DNA of 64,000 nt from Gammaproteobacteria bacterium (GTDB taxonomy: Bacteria > Pseudomonadota > Gammaproteobacteria > Eutrophobiales > Eutrophobiaceae), in assembly GCA_965205405.1 (NCBI GenBank), contig OZ242169.1:2697552-2761551 (forward strand), given 5' to 3'. Below the pieces are notes generated by a model that saw only the letters and a program-made list of their open reading frames with translations, searched no databases and had not been told where the DNA came from. The position numbers and the translations under genes are program-made. Below are positions 54,214 to 64,000 of the stretch, piece by piece (the stretch's first letter is position 1; the number at the start of each line of letters is the position of its first letter).

Positions 54214-55257
54214 TCACGCGTCAAAATGTATCCTCGGATCAATGAACATGTAACAGATGTCGGAGAAGATCCTGCCTATCAGCCCGAGAATGGAGGTCAG
54301 GGCCAGTATGCCCATGAATACCATGTAATCCCGGCTGATGATGGCGTCCAGGCTCAACAGGCCCATGCCGGGGATTTCAAAGACCTTTTCTATCAGCACG
54401 GACCCGGCGAAAATCAGGGTGAAGATGCTACCGAAGCCGGTGGCTATGGGAATCAGAGAATTGCGGAAGGCATGGGCCCAGATGGCGCGGTTGAATGTAG
54501 CGCCTTTGGCCAGGACCGTGCGTACATAATCCTGGCTGATCTGCTCCAGCAGGCTGTTCTTCATCAGCAGGGTAAGCACTGCGAAGTTGCCTATCATGTA
54601 GCAGGTGACCGGTAAAAACATGTGCATGAACAAGTCTCTGGCCTTGTCTGTCGTGGACAGTTCAATGAAATTTTCCGAGGTAAAACCGCTCACCGGGAAA
54701 ATATCCCATAACCCTTCTGTCGTACCTGACAGAAACATCTTCAACAACATGCCGAAGGCGAATGCGGGGATGGCATAGCCGATGAATACCAGGATACTGC
54801 TGGAGATATCAAACCAGGAGCCGTTTTTGACGGCCTTGGCTATTCCCAGAGGGATGCATATCAAGTAGGACAGGAAGAACCCGGTCAGTCCGAATATCAG
54901 CGATACCGGAAATCGCTCGACAATGAGTTGGATGACCGTTTTGTTCGGGTACTTATAGGAGTCCACCGCCATGCCGATCCGGTCGGTAACCAGCCACTTC
55001 CAGTAACGCTGCAGCAGGGGTTTGTCGAAGCCAAAATGCTGCTCCAGGGCCTTGCGCTGGTCCGGGGAGATGCCGCTGGGTCCTGCGGTCGCTGCCGCAT
55101 CACCCGTCCCCTGGCCAACTCCGCGCATCTGCATAATCGCCTGCTCCACCGGCCCGCCTGGAATAAACTGACACAGGGCGAAACAGACGAAGGTGATGCC
55201 GATGAAAGTGGGGATGACCAGCAACAGGCGCCTGATGATATAGTGGGTTCGCTCCAT
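54214..55257 (-). CDS. Peptide ABC permease (YejB-like)
   Basis: YIIRRLLLVIPT, PGGPVEQ, FGFDKP, IPLGIAKA. Confidence 0.85.
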   Translation of the reverse strand: MERTHYIIRRLLLVIPTFIGITFVCFALCQFIPGGPVEQAIMQMRGVGQGTGDAAATAGPSGISPDQRKALEQHFGFDKPLLQRYWKWLVTDRIGMAVDSYKYPNKTVIQLIVERFPVSLIFGLTGFFLSYLICIPLGIAKAVKNGSWFDISSSILVFIGYAIPAFAFGMLLKMFLSGTTEGLWDIFPVSGFTSENFIELSTTDKARDLFMHMFLPVTCYMIGNFAVLTLLMKNSLLEQISQDYVRTVLAKGATFNRAIWAHAFRNSLIPIATGFGSIFTLIFAGSVLIEKVFEIPGMGLLSLDAIISRDYMVFMGILALTSILGLIGRIFSDICYMFIDPRIHFDA

Positions 55258-57071
55258 TATTGCTGAAATACCTCATCAAAGCGGACGATTTCATCCCGTC
55301 CCGGCAAGGGTTCCCCCATTTCCCGGGCATATTCAAGATCTGCCGCGGAATCTTCGTCATACCACCAGAAAGTATAGGCTCCGGCCTCCCCGGAATATTT
55401 CGGCAGCACAGTCTTCGGGATGCCGAATTTATTCCAGTATAAAAGCCGTCGGTAATTCAGGTTCCACAACAGGATATAGGGAATGTCATGGGTCAGGATC
55501 GTGTCGATCTTTCTCACCATGGCGTGCCGTTTATTGATATCAAATTCAGTCCTGAGAGCGTCAATTATGGTGTCTACTTCGGGATTTTTATAACCGGTGA
55601 TATTCTGTCCGCCGGCGCGATCCGCCTCCCTGGAATGCCACAGGGATTCCGGGTCCTTATACAGGGACGCGCCCCAGGCTGCCCAGGTCATGTCAAAGTT
55701 GAACTCGTCCATATCCTTTATCCAGGCTGCCCAGTCCTTCCTGATAATCTCCAGGCGTATCCCGACGTCGTTCAAATTTTCCCGGTAGATGGCCAGAAAT
55801 TTATCTGAACTCTGGCTGCGGGTCAGGAATTGAATGGTGAATGGCTGCCCGTCTTTCTCCAGCAGGCCGGTGTTTTCATTCGCCTGCCAGCCCGACTCTG
55901 TTAGCAGACTCCTCGCCAATTCCTTGTCAAAGCGTATTTTTGGCCCCTGACAAGGTGTTTGCGCGTTATACAAATCCTCGAAATAACATTGGTGCAGGAA
56001 GTAGGACTCATGCATGATCGTCCGGTTCATCCTGGCACGATCCAACAGGTAGGCGAGGGCGAGCCGTACCCGCCGGTCGGCAAACTTGGGCCGCCGCAGG
56101 TTCATGGCAAATCCCTGAAAGCCGATAGGGTTATAATTATACACCTCCTGTTTGATAATCCAGTTGTTGTCATAAGCCTCGCCGCTGGTTTCCGTCGCCC
56201 AGCGCGAGGCCGTATATACCGGATAAAAATCCAGGTTGCCGGTCTTGAATTCGGCAAACGCATTTTCCCGTTCGTTGAAGAAGCGGAACTTGAGCCGGTC
56301 AAAATTTGCAGTACCGCGCACGCTTTCCCGTTCTCTTTGCCACCAGTCCATCCGGCGTTTGAGGGTAAGGGCAATCCCTTCTCTTAATGATTCCGCCTCG
56401 TAAGGACCGCCCGCGACCGGAAATTCAAAATTGATCTTATTAAAATCCCGGTCCTTGAAAATATGCGAAGGGAGTACGTGGAACGAACCCAGAGACAACA
56501 GGTTCTTCCAGTGAACTTCCTTGGCCTTGAAGCGTATTGTCTGCTCATCAAGCACTTCCGGACGATGAAACCGCTCAAACGCAATCTTGTGGGGTCCCGT
56601 CAGGTTTTTCGGGTCCATGATCGCATTAAATGTCCAGGCAACGTCACGGGCGCTGACGGGTACGCCATCGCTCCACGTGGCCCGCTCGTCCAGTCTGAAT
56701 TCAAACGTGGTCCGGTCTCTGGAAACAGACCATGACCCGGCCAGGTTGGGCTCGAATTCAAGTGTTAACCCGTTGGTGCCGAGCAGGGTTTCAAATATCA
56801 GGTTGAACAGGTGACTGGATGTCACCGTCGTATCAAGATAGTAATTGAAACTTTTTGGGAAAGGCCCCGACCAGAACGACAACTCACCACCCGGATAGGC
56901 GTCAGGGCTGGCAAACGGCGACATTTCTTCCTGCCAGTCAGGTTGCGGAAATTGCTGGGCAACCGCCACGGGAAGCAGGCACACCCAGACACTCAGCAGC
57001 ATGTATAACTTGCGAAGTTGTCGTGTTCCCTGATTTTTATCCATAGATAACGCAAAAAGATGTAAAGGCAT
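55257..57071 (-). CDS. Peptide ABC substrate-binding protein (YejA-like)
   Basis: SBP family 5 motifs WSDGVPVSARDV, FAMNLRR..F.DRRVR.AL, YWNKFG. Confidence 0.82.
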   Translation of the reverse strand: MPLHLFALSMDKNQGTRQLRKLYMLLSVWVCLLPVAVAQQFPQPDWQEEMSPFASPDAYPGGELSFWSGPFPKSFNYYLDTTVTSSHLFNLIFETLLGTNGLTLEFEPNLAGSWSVSRDRTTFEFRLDERATWSDGVPVSARDVAWTFNAIMDPKNLTGPHKIAFERFHRPEVLDEQTIRFKAKEVHWKNLLSLGSFHVLPSHIFKDRDFNKINFEFPVAGGPYEAESLREGIALTLKRRMDWWQRERESVRGTANFDRLKFRFFNERENAFAEFKTGNLDFYPVYTASRWATETSGEAYDNNWIIKQEVYNYNPIGFQGFAMNLRRPKFADRRVRLALAYLLDRARMNRTIMHESYFLHQCYFEDLYNAQTPCQGPKIRFDKELARSLLTESGWQANENTGLLEKDGQPFTIQFLTRSQSSDKFLAIYRENLNDVGIRLEIIRKDWAAWIKDMDEFNFDMTWAAWGASLYKDPESLWHSREADRAGGQNITGYKNPEVDTIIDALRTEFDINKRHAMVRKIDTILTHDIPYILLWNLNYRRLLYWNKFGIPKTVLPKYSGEAGAYTFWWYDEDSAADLEYAREMGEPLPGRDEIVRFDEVFQQ

Positions 57072-57096
57072 GGATCAATATAGAAGACGTATCTTA

Positions 57097-57247
57097 TCAT
57101 CTGCGGATAAATAATTTTCAACTCAGCGGGGACGGACTTAAGTCCATCCCCATTTCCCCATTAGTCCCCATCACCGGGGACGGACTTAAGTCCGTCCCCA
57201 TTAGTCCCATTATCTGCGATAATCTGCGTCATCTGCGGATAAATAAT
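57097..57247. repeat. Composite repeat cluster: two GGGGACGG palindromes between ATCTGCG-type repeats
   Basis: Palindromes 57128-57151 and 57176-57199; TCATCTGCGGATAAATAAT on both sides. Confidence 0.8.
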
Positions 57248-57260
57248 CACTATTCTCAAT

Positions 57261-58880
57261 ATGACAGCACTGCTGGACGTTAAAGACCTGAAAGTCAGGT
57301 TCGCCGCTGAAAACTACTCGGTCCAGGCCGTTGACGGGGTGGATTTCCGGATTCAACAGGGGGAAACCTTCGCACTGCTGGGGGAGTCGGGCAGCGGCAA
57401 ATCCGTGACTGCACTGAGTATCACCAGGTTGTTGCCTAAGACGGCGAAAAGCACCGGCACCATACTGTTCAATGGTACGGATCTCCTTACGTTGTCAAAC
57501 AAGAAGATGCGAGGTTTCAGGGGCAGGCGTATCGCCATGATATTCCAGGAACCGCAAACCTCGCTCAATCCGGCCCTGACGGTGGGAAAGCAGGTTGGAG
57601 AGACACTTGCGCAGCACAGGAATCTTTCCGGGAGGGCACAAAGGAAAAGAGTAATTGAGTTGCTGGAGGCGGTAGAAATTCCAGATCCTGCGCAACGCAT
57701 GGATGAATATCCCCACCAGTTCTCCGGTGGCATGAAACAACGGGTCATGCTGGCGATGGCGTTGGCAGGGGAACCTGATTTGCTTATTGCCGACGAACCC
57801 ACCACTGCGCTGGACGTCACGACCCAGGCCCGGATTCTGGCGCTGCTGAAAAAAATACAACGTGATACCGGCATGGCCATGCTGTTTATCACCCATGACC
57901 TGGCTGTAGCCTCCCAGGTGGCGGATCGGGTTGCCGTCATGAACAAGGGCAAGCTGGTTGAAACTGCCTCCACCCGACGATTTTTCAGTCAGCCACAACA
58001 CCCGTATTCAAAAATATTATTTGATTCCCTGCCGGAGGCCTCGAAAAACCGAGTCCGGGATGCCGGGGAGATGCCGTTACAGGCTGAACCCATGCTCAGG
58101 GTGTCTGAATTGAAAGTCCATTTCCCCGTGCAGACGGGTTTTTTCGGTCGCCCGGCAGGCTACCTGCGGGCCGTGGATGGTGTATCCCTGGAGTTAGCAC
58201 AGGGTCGGACCCTGGCTGTCGTGGGTGAATCAGGCTCCGGGAAAACGACCTTGGGTAAAGGTATCCTGCAACTGCTCAAACCTGCCGGGGGCGCAGTATT
58301 TCTTACGGGTGACAACCTGTCCGACCTGTCTGCGTCACAATTGCGTCAACGCCGTACCGACATGCAGGTGGTATTCCAGGATCCTTTCTCATCCATGAAC
58401 CCGCAGATGATGGTCAAGGATATTATCGAAGAGGGTATGCTGTCTCTGGGAGCAGAAAAAAACAGCAGGGTCAGGCAGGCGCTTGTTGATGAACTACTTG
58501 ACCAGGTCGGCCTGGAACCGGATTTTAAATATCGTTATCCCCATGAGTTTTCCGGCGGGCAGAGACAGCGCATCTGTATTGCCCGGGCGCTGGCCGTCAG
58601 GCCGAAACTGCTGATTTGTGATGAACCGACCAGCGCCCTGGATGTAACGGTACAGGCCCGGATACTGGAGTTGCTGGCAAGCTTGCAGGAGGAACTGGGG
58701 CTGGCATACCTGTTTATTACCCACAATATCAGCGTGGTTGCCAGTTTTGCCCATTACGTGGCGGTAATGTACCAGGGCAGGATAGTGGAGCAGGGCGTAA
58801 CAGGATCGGTTTTAAGCGCTCCACGGCATGAATATACAAAAACCCTTTTATCAGCCGTGCCAACTATTAAATCTGCATAG
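57261..58880 (+). CDS. Fused double-domain peptide ABC ATPase
   Basis: Two Walker A motifs, YPHQFSGG and YPHEFSGG. Confidence 0.9.
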   Translation: MTALLDVKDLKVRFAAENYSVQAVDGVDFRIQQGETFALLGESGSGKSVTALSITRLLPKTAKSTGTILFNGTDLLTLSNKKMRGFRGRRIAMIFQEPQTSLNPALTVGKQVGETLAQHRNLSGRAQRKRVIELLEAVEIPDPAQRMDEYPHQFSGGMKQRVMLAMALAGEPDLLIADEPTTALDVTTQARILALLKKIQRDTGMAMLFITHDLAVASQVADRVAVMNKGKLVETASTRRFFSQPQHPYSKILFDSLPEASKNRVRDAGEMPLQAEPMLRVSELKVHFPVQTGFFGRPAGYLRAVDGVSLELAQGRTLAVVGESGSGKTTLGKGILQLLKPAGGAVFLTGDNLSDLSASQLRQRRTDMQVVFQDPFSSMNPQMMVKDIIEEGMLSLGAEKNSRVRQALVDELLDQVGLEPDFKYRYPHEFSGGQRQRICIARALAVRPKLLICDEPTSALDVTVQARILELLASLQEELGLAYLFITHNISVVASFAHYVAVMYQGRIVEQGVTGSVLSAPRHEYTKTLLSAVPTIKSA

Positions 58881-58896
58881 GATGCAGGTTTGTTAT

Positions 58897-58971
58897 GCCA
58901 CAGAGGACACAGAGACCACAGAGTGGATCGAGAAGGCTGACAGATATTGTTTTCTCTGTGTTCTCTGTGGC
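58897..58971. repeat. CACAGAG-type inverted repeat between convergent genes
   Basis: GCCACAGAGGACACAGAGACCACAGAG ... CTCTGTGTTCTCTGTGGC; half copy at 47283-47300. Confidence 0.7.
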
Positions 58972-58992
58972 TCTCCTGTTTTTATCTGCGCA

Positions 58993-60096
58993 TCAGGTTT
59001 TACTCATCAGGTGAATGCTCTCGGCCAGCAGTGAGACGGCGATGTCGCCGCCTTGTTCGAGATGGTTGCGTCGGGCGACGTGGGTTGGCACTGATAAGTA
59101 GAGCATCTGGCCGTTATCAACCGCAATCGTGATGGAAGTTGTCTCTCCCAGGGGGATAAAATCATCGATTCGTCCTTTTACGGGGTTCTCTCGTTCACCT
59201 TGAGACGGCCTGTCGCGCCGGTGCAGGATAATGTTTTCGGAAGGGATGACCCAGTCTACTTCAGATTGAGGTTCAAACTCCGGGCGATAGCGGGTCGTCA
59301 GGGTGTGGTCATTCCATTTAATATGGGTTATTTTGCTATCGTGATCATGCCCTTCAATCTGGCCGCTGAATATATTATCGTGGCCGACCAGACCGGCGAC
59401 GCCGGCATTATCGGGGTGGTTCATGACTTCCTCGGGAGTATTGATTTGCAGGGTTTTGCCGTGGTGGATGACGCAAATCCTGTCGGCAATCCGGCGCGCT
59501 TCGTTCAGGTCGTGGGTGACGTGAATCACCGGCAGGTTGAAGCGTAGTCTCAAGCCGACAAGTTCGCGTACCAGTTTTCTGCGGGTCTGTTGATCTACGG
59601 AAGAAAAGGGCTCATCCAGCAATAAAACCCGGGGATCACGGGCCAATGCCCGGGCCACGGCAATACGCTGTTGTTGCCCCCCTGATAACTGGTGGGGATA
59701 ACGTTCTTCCAGACCGCTCATGTTCATGGTGTTCAGCAGGCTTTCAGCGATAATCCGTTTCTGTTTATTCCCGGTCCGGGTTAACGGTAGCATGATGTTC
59801 TGCAAGGCCGTCATGTGAGGAAACAGGGCATAGTGCTGGAATACCATGCCGATACGTCGCTGTTGTACGGGTAGATTAATACCTGTCCCGGTATCCAGCC
59901 ATTGTTCCCCATTGCAGAAGACCTGGCCGGAATCCGGGGTGTACAGACCGCTGATGGCTCTTAATATAGTCGTTTTACCGCTCCCGGAAGGCCCCAGGAT
60001 CACCAGGATTTCACCTGAATCGCAGGTCAGGGACACATCCAGCGGTATCGGCTGAGCCTGCTCCAACCGGACGCGAATGCGGTTAGCGTCGGTCAT
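58993..60096 (-). CDS. modC: Molybdate ABC ATPase
   Basis: GPSGSGKTT, LSGGQQQR, C-terminal TOBE-like region; in modAB operon. Confidence 0.85.
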   Translation of the reverse strand: MTDANRIRVRLEQAQPIPLDVSLTCDSGEILVILGPSGSGKTTILRAISGLYTPDSGQVFCNGEQWLDTGTGINLPVQQRRIGMVFQHYALFPHMTALQNIMLPLTRTGNKQKRIIAESLLNTMNMSGLEERYPHQLSGGQQQRIAVARALARDPRVLLLDEPFSSVDQQTRRKLVRELVGLRLRFNLPVIHVTHDLNEARRIADRICVIHHGKTLQINTPEEVMNHPDNAGVAGLVGHDNIFSGQIEGHDHDSKITHIKWNDHTLTTRYRPEFEPQSEVDWVIPSENIILHRRDRPSQGERENPVKGRIDDFIPLGETTSITIAVDNGQMLYLSVPTHVARRNHLEQGGDIAVSLLAESIHLMSKT

Positions 60097-60754
60097 TTTT
60101 CCCCAGCCGGTCAGTCAGAAAGTAGATGAGGGTGATGGAGACAAGGGAAATCATGAGTAATACCGCGGACATGGTTGCTGCGCCGGTATTGTCAAAGGCC
60201 TGGACGCGGTCATAAATGGCGATAGCGATAGTACGCGTCTCACCGGCAAGGTTTCCGCCCACCATCAATACCACTCCGAACTCCCCCAGGGTATGGGCCA
60301 TGGTCAGGATGGCTGCGGAGAAAATCCCGGGCCAGGCCAGGGGCATCTCAATTTTCCAGAAAGTCTGCCAGGCGGAAAGACCACTGCACCAGGCCGCCTC
60401 GCGAACGTTCAGAGGAATGGCTTCAAAACTGCGCTGTACTGGCTGCACGGCGAAGGGAATGTTAAATATGATCGACGCCACCAGGATTCCTTCAAACGAG
60501 AAAACCAGGGAATTGCCTGCTATTTCTTCATAGAACCTGCCTACTGGAGACAGATCTCCCAGACTTATCATCAGGTAAAAGCCTAATACGGTCGGCGGCA
60601 GTATCAACGGCAGGGCAATCAAGGCCTGAACGAAATTACGCCCCGGAAACTGCGACCAGGCCAGCTTACGCGCGGCTAAAATTCCGACCGGCGCCAGGAT
60701 GAGCGCAGTCAGTCCGGCAAGGAGTAAGGAAACGTTAAGGGCCTGCCAATCCAT
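60083..60754 (-). CDS. modB: Molybdate ABC permease
   Basis: LPLILPPTVLGFY, AHTLGEFGVVLMVGGN. Confidence 0.93.
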   Translation of the reverse strand: MDWQALNVSLLLAGLTALILAPVGILAARKLAWSQFPGRNFVQALIALPLILPPTVLGFYLMISLGDLSPVGRFYEEIAGNSLVFSFEGILVASIIFNIPFAVQPVQRSFEAIPLNVREAAWCSGLSAWQTFWKIEMPLAWPGIFSAAILTMAHTLGEFGVVLMVGGNLAGETRTIAIAIYDRVQAFDNTGAATMSAVLLMISLVSITLIYFLTDRLGKNDRR

Positions 60755-60773
60755 ATCATTCAGTCGCCGTCTT

Positions 60774-61529
60774 TCACTCGGCTAAGGTATAGCCATATTT
60801 TTCAAAAATGGCTGCACTGGGCCCGGATGAGAGATAATCAAAATACCGGACACCTTGTTCATCATGATCAGTAAGTAAAACCGCGTATTGGGTAATAGGC
60901 TGGTGCCAGCTTTGCGGGATTGGAAAGCTGCTTCCCTTGCCGGATAACAGCTCCAGCGCCAGGAAAGAATTGGGAATGATACACAGGTCGATGCTGCCGG
61001 ACAGGCAGAATTGCAAGGTTTGGGCAGCGTTTTCCCCCAGCAGCAGCTTTTTGTGATTCACGACCCATATCCCGGCACTGGTCAACGCTTCCCTGGCGGC
61101 CTGACCATAAGGCGCGTGTTCCGGGTTGGCGATAGCCATTCTACGGAAGTCCCCGTATTGTAATGTCTTAAGCACATCGGCAAGTGTTGTCGGCTGTTTC
61201 AGTTTCGACGTTTCAGGAATATACAGACTGAGGCGGCCATGAACCAGTGTTTTGAAGTCGCTTATCTCCCGGCCATTAGCGTGGATAAAGTCCACGTACT
61301 TCTTCCCGGCAGAGATAAATACTCCGTAAGGCGCGCCCTGAACGATTTGCCTGGCAAAGTTACCGGATGAGCCAAACGTCAGGTTGACTTTTTTTCCCTC
61401 TTCCCGGAAAAAAGTCTCACTTATCTCGCTGACCGTATGAGCCAGGTTGGACGCAACCGCTATGTTCACCGTCTCCGGGTACGCGGATTGGGAACACAGC
61501 AGCGCTAACAGGCAGTATAATTTCCGCAT
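60774..61529 (-). CDS. modA: Molybdate-binding periplasmic protein
   Basis: AVASN, FGSSG, IANPEHAPYGQAA, GENAAQ. Confidence 0.93.
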   Translation of the reverse strand: MRKLYCLLALLCSQSAYPETVNIAVASNLAHTVSEISETFFREEGKKVNLTFGSSGNFARQIVQGAPYGVFISAGKKYVDFIHANGREISDFKTLVHGRLSLYIPETSKLKQPTTLADVLKTLQYGDFRRMAIANPEHAPYGQAAREALTSAGIWVVNHKKLLLGENAAQTLQFCLSGSIDLCIIPNSFLALELLSGKGSSFPIPQSWHQPITQYAVLLTDHDEQGVRYFDYLSSGPSAAIFEKYGYTLAE

Positions 61530-61586
61530 AAGACAAACTATATCAGGGTATAATCTTCAGGTAAAAAACAGGTGGAATAATAAGTT

Positions 61587-61675
61587 GTCATTCTGGCGCC
61601 TGCCAGAATCCAGTAAGCCAACCTTCCTTATAAAGAATCGTTCTGTGACTGGATTCTGGCATTCGCCGGAATGAC
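61587..61675. repeat. CGTC-type REP doublet (REPIN-like)
   Basis: GTCATTCTGGC..GCCAGAATCCAGT ... ACTGGATTCTGGC..GCCGGAATGAC; spacer TTCCTTATAAA shared with the 23919 copy. Confidence 0.8.
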
Positions 61676-61715
61676 GGGTACGCTTCGAACACGCATACTA
61701 AAAGAGGGCGATGTT

Positions 61716-62576
61716 ATGATTTTATTCACGGGATTGACCGGTGCGGTCGGGACGGAAATAGTAAAACTGTTGCCGGAGTTTGGTATTCAGGCCAGGGGGT
61801 TGGTCCGGGACCCGGCTAAAGCGGACCTGATTAAGGCAGCCGGTGTTGGGGTCATCACCGGTGACCTGGGTGATCCGGTCGCCATCAAAGAGGCGCTACA
61901 AGGATGTGGCAAGGCTTTCCTGCTCATGGCTAACTCCAGGGAGCAACTGGATCTGGAAATAAGTTTCGTCGATGCAGCCCGGGCAAGCGGAGTCCGGTAT
62001 CTGGTGAAAATGTCGGCCAATGGGGCTAATTCCAATTCAACGTCTTTATTGAAGCGTTATCACGGCGATTCGGAGCAACACATCCGGGATTCAGGCCTGA
62101 GCTATACGCTGGTCCGGCCTAATTACTTCATGCAAAACATGTTTCACGTGGCTGCCGGCATTATCGATCAGGACAAGTATTTCATGCCCATGCGCGACGG
62201 GCAGGTGGGGATTATCGACGTGCGCGACGTGGCGCGCTTTATACTGACCGTCCTGACGAGCCCCGGACACGAAAACAAGACCTATGAAATCACCGGGCCG
62301 GAACTGGTGTCGTTCCATGACATCGCCGGCCAACTGTCCGAGGTGATGGGCCGGGAGATCCGCTACGTTGACGTCCCGGCGGAGGATTTCAAGGAATCAT
62401 TATCGCAATGGGTCCCCGATGACTGGTACGTGGAGACCGTCTCAGACATGTTCAAACTGACAGCACAAGGCCGCGGGGCATTGCTTAATGATATTTACAC
62501 CCAGGTGACAGGCAGGGCGCCGACGACCCTGCGCCAGTTTTTCCAGGATTACTCCTCATTTTTCGAGAAGAGCTAA
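61716..62576 (+). CDS. NmrA-family atypical SDR
   Basis: TGLTGAVG Rossmann motif, RPNYFMQN, IDVRDVA, YEITGPE. Confidence 0.88.
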   Translation: MILFTGLTGAVGTEIVKLLPEFGIQARGLVRDPAKADLIKAAGVGVITGDLGDPVAIKEALQGCGKAFLLMANSREQLDLEISFVDAARASGVRYLVKMSANGANSNSTSLLKRYHGDSEQHIRDSGLSYTLVRPNYFMQNMFHVAAGIIDQDKYFMPMRDGQVGIIDVRDVARFILTVLTSPGHENKTYEITGPELVSFHDIAGQLSEVMGREIRYVDVPAEDFKESLSQWVPDDWYVETVSDMFKLTAQGRGALLNDIYTQVTGRAPTTLRQFFQDYSSFFEKS

Positions 62577-62582
62577 TATTTG

Positions 62583-62625
62583 TGATATTTGGGGTCAGTG
62601 TAAAAACTTTGTGAATTTTTACACT
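62583..62625. repeat. Truncated GGGGTCAG element
   Basis: TGATATTTGGGGTCAGTGTAAAAA ... TTTTTACACT, right arm incomplete. Confidence 0.7.
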
Positions 62626-62860
62626 TCGATGAACTGCCGCTATTGCGATATGCAGGGCATCAGTTTCGGAGAGACACTGGTTACGTGTACAAGGGAAGGT
62701 GTCGATCAAAACGTAACGAAGGGATGCTGCTGGACGAAAAAGCTTTGCATACTGCTTATAAACAGGTAATATTTAACTCAAATTTGGTACCAAAAAACGT
62801 TAGTAGGCACTAACATAATTCGCGAGAATGCAGGGCCTTTGGCCGGAGGGAGGAACAACA

Positions 62861-63319
62861 ATGAAAGTCTCGTTTTCAGTCAACGGCACGGAGGCCGGCG
62901 GGGACGTGGAACCGCGCACCCTGCTGGTTGATTTTCTCCGTAACGACCTCGGTCTGACCGGCACGCACGTGGGTTGTGACACCAGCCAGTGCGGCGCCTG
63001 CGTCGTTCACGTGGACGGCCGCTCGATCAAGAGCTGCACCCTGCTCGCAGTACAGGCCGAGGGCACGCAGGTCACGACTATCGAGGGCCTGGCCGACGGC
63101 GACACGCTGCATCCCATGCAGGCCGCATTTCGCGAAGAGCACGGCTTGCAATGCGGGTTCTGCACGTCCGGCATGATCATGAGCGCGATCGACCTGCTGC
63201 AGAACAATGCAGATCCGACGGAACAGGAGATCCGGGACTGGCTGGAAGGCAACTTGTGCCGGTGCACGGGCTATCACAACATCGTCAGTTCGATACAAAC
63301 AGCCGCGAAATCGCGGTAA
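62861..63319 (+). CDS. coxS: CoxS/CutS-family 2Fe-2S subunit
   Basis: [27 protein letters not shown]. Confidence 0.9.
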   Translation: MKVSFSVNGTEAGGDVEPRTLLVDFLRNDLGLTGTHVGCDTSQCGACVVHVDGRSIKSCTLLAVQAEGTQVTTIEGLADGDTLHPMQAAFREEHGLQCGFCTSGMIMSAIDLLQNNADPTEQEIRDWLEGNLCRCTGYHNIVSSIQTAAKSR

Positions 63320-63361
63320 GCCCCGCCTTCGTACGCACGGCCAAGCAAGAGGAAACGAATC

Positions 63362-64000
63362 ATGTACCAGTTCGATTATCAGGCACCCGACTCGATCGAA
63401 GCCGCGCTGGCGGCGTTGCGCGAGAATGGCGAGGCGAAGATCCTGGCCGGCGGTATGACGCTGTTGCCGACGATGAAGCTGCGTTTGGCACGTCCCGATG
63501 TGCTGATCGACATCAACCGCATCGGATCGCTCGCCGGGATCGGGAAGAAGGACGGGGCGATCGTAATCGGCGCTATGACGCGTCATGCCGACGTCGCCGC
63601 CTCGAAGCTCGTACGGGATCGCATCCCCGGTCTTGCGGACCTGGCGCAGGCAATCGGGGATCCCCAGGTGCGAAATCGCGGCACGATGGGTGGTTCCGTC
63701 GCCAACAACGACCCCACGGCAGACTATCCGGCCGGGCTCGTCGGTCTCGGCGCCACGGTCGTCACCGACCGCCGCGAGATCGCGGCCGACGATTTCTTCA
63801 CCGACATGTTCGAAACCGCGCTCGGAGACGACGAGATCATCACCGCCGTGCGCTTCCCGATTCCCAAACGCGCCGCCTACATGAAGTTTCCCAATCCCGC
63901 CTCGCGCTACGCCATTGTCGGCGTCATGGTGGCGGAGGCCCCCGACGGAATCCGCGTCGCGGTCACCGGGGCCGCGCCCTGCGTGTTTCGGGTGGCGGCA
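63362..64000 (+). CDS. coxM: CoxM/CutM-family FAD-binding subunit (partial, runs off window)
   Basis: MYQFDY..., [41 protein letters not shown]. Confidence 0.88.
   Translation, partial: MYQFDYQAPDSIEAALAALRENGEAKILAGGMTLLPTMKLRLARPDVLIDINRIGSLAGIGKKDGAIVIGAMTRHADVAASKLVRDRIPGLADLAQAIGDPQVRNRGTMGGSVANNDPTADYPAGLVGLGATVVTDRREIAADDFFTDMFETALGDDEIITAVRFPIPKRAAYMKFPNPASRYAIVGVMVAEAPDGIRVAVTGAAPCVFRVAA

Overview
Chromosomal window from what looks like a gammaproteobacterium with C1/methylotrophy genes (mtdA, fch, a NarL-type two-component pair and a TonB-dependent receptor). The core backbone is folE, nadC, ampDE, lpxH, cysS, tig-clpPX-lon, ppiD, fabI, opp/yej-type ABC transporters, modABC and the start of a cox/cut-like operon, plus 8 tRNA genes including tRNA-Sec. 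Two accessory hotspots (about 2.1-9.6 kb and 24.7-31.2 kb, the latter at tRNA-Lys) are packed with toxin-antitoxin modules and integrase-type att scars but lack an intact integrase. Three signals stand out. (1) An AbiF/Abi_2 HEPN gene is preceded by a near-consensus promoter, a small hairpin RNA and a terminator, which is type III TA-like architecture. (2) A dispersed set of intergenic palindromes shares GGGGWC ends but has several different cores; these show stuttered end duplications, one apparent 16-bp target duplication and two gene truncations, and a Y1/RAYT transposase remnant carries a similar end motif. (3) There is a pattern of deletions and frameshifts (selA apparently lost, SelB shortened, amidohydrolase split). 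All calls come from reading the sequence and recalling family motifs; no searches were run.
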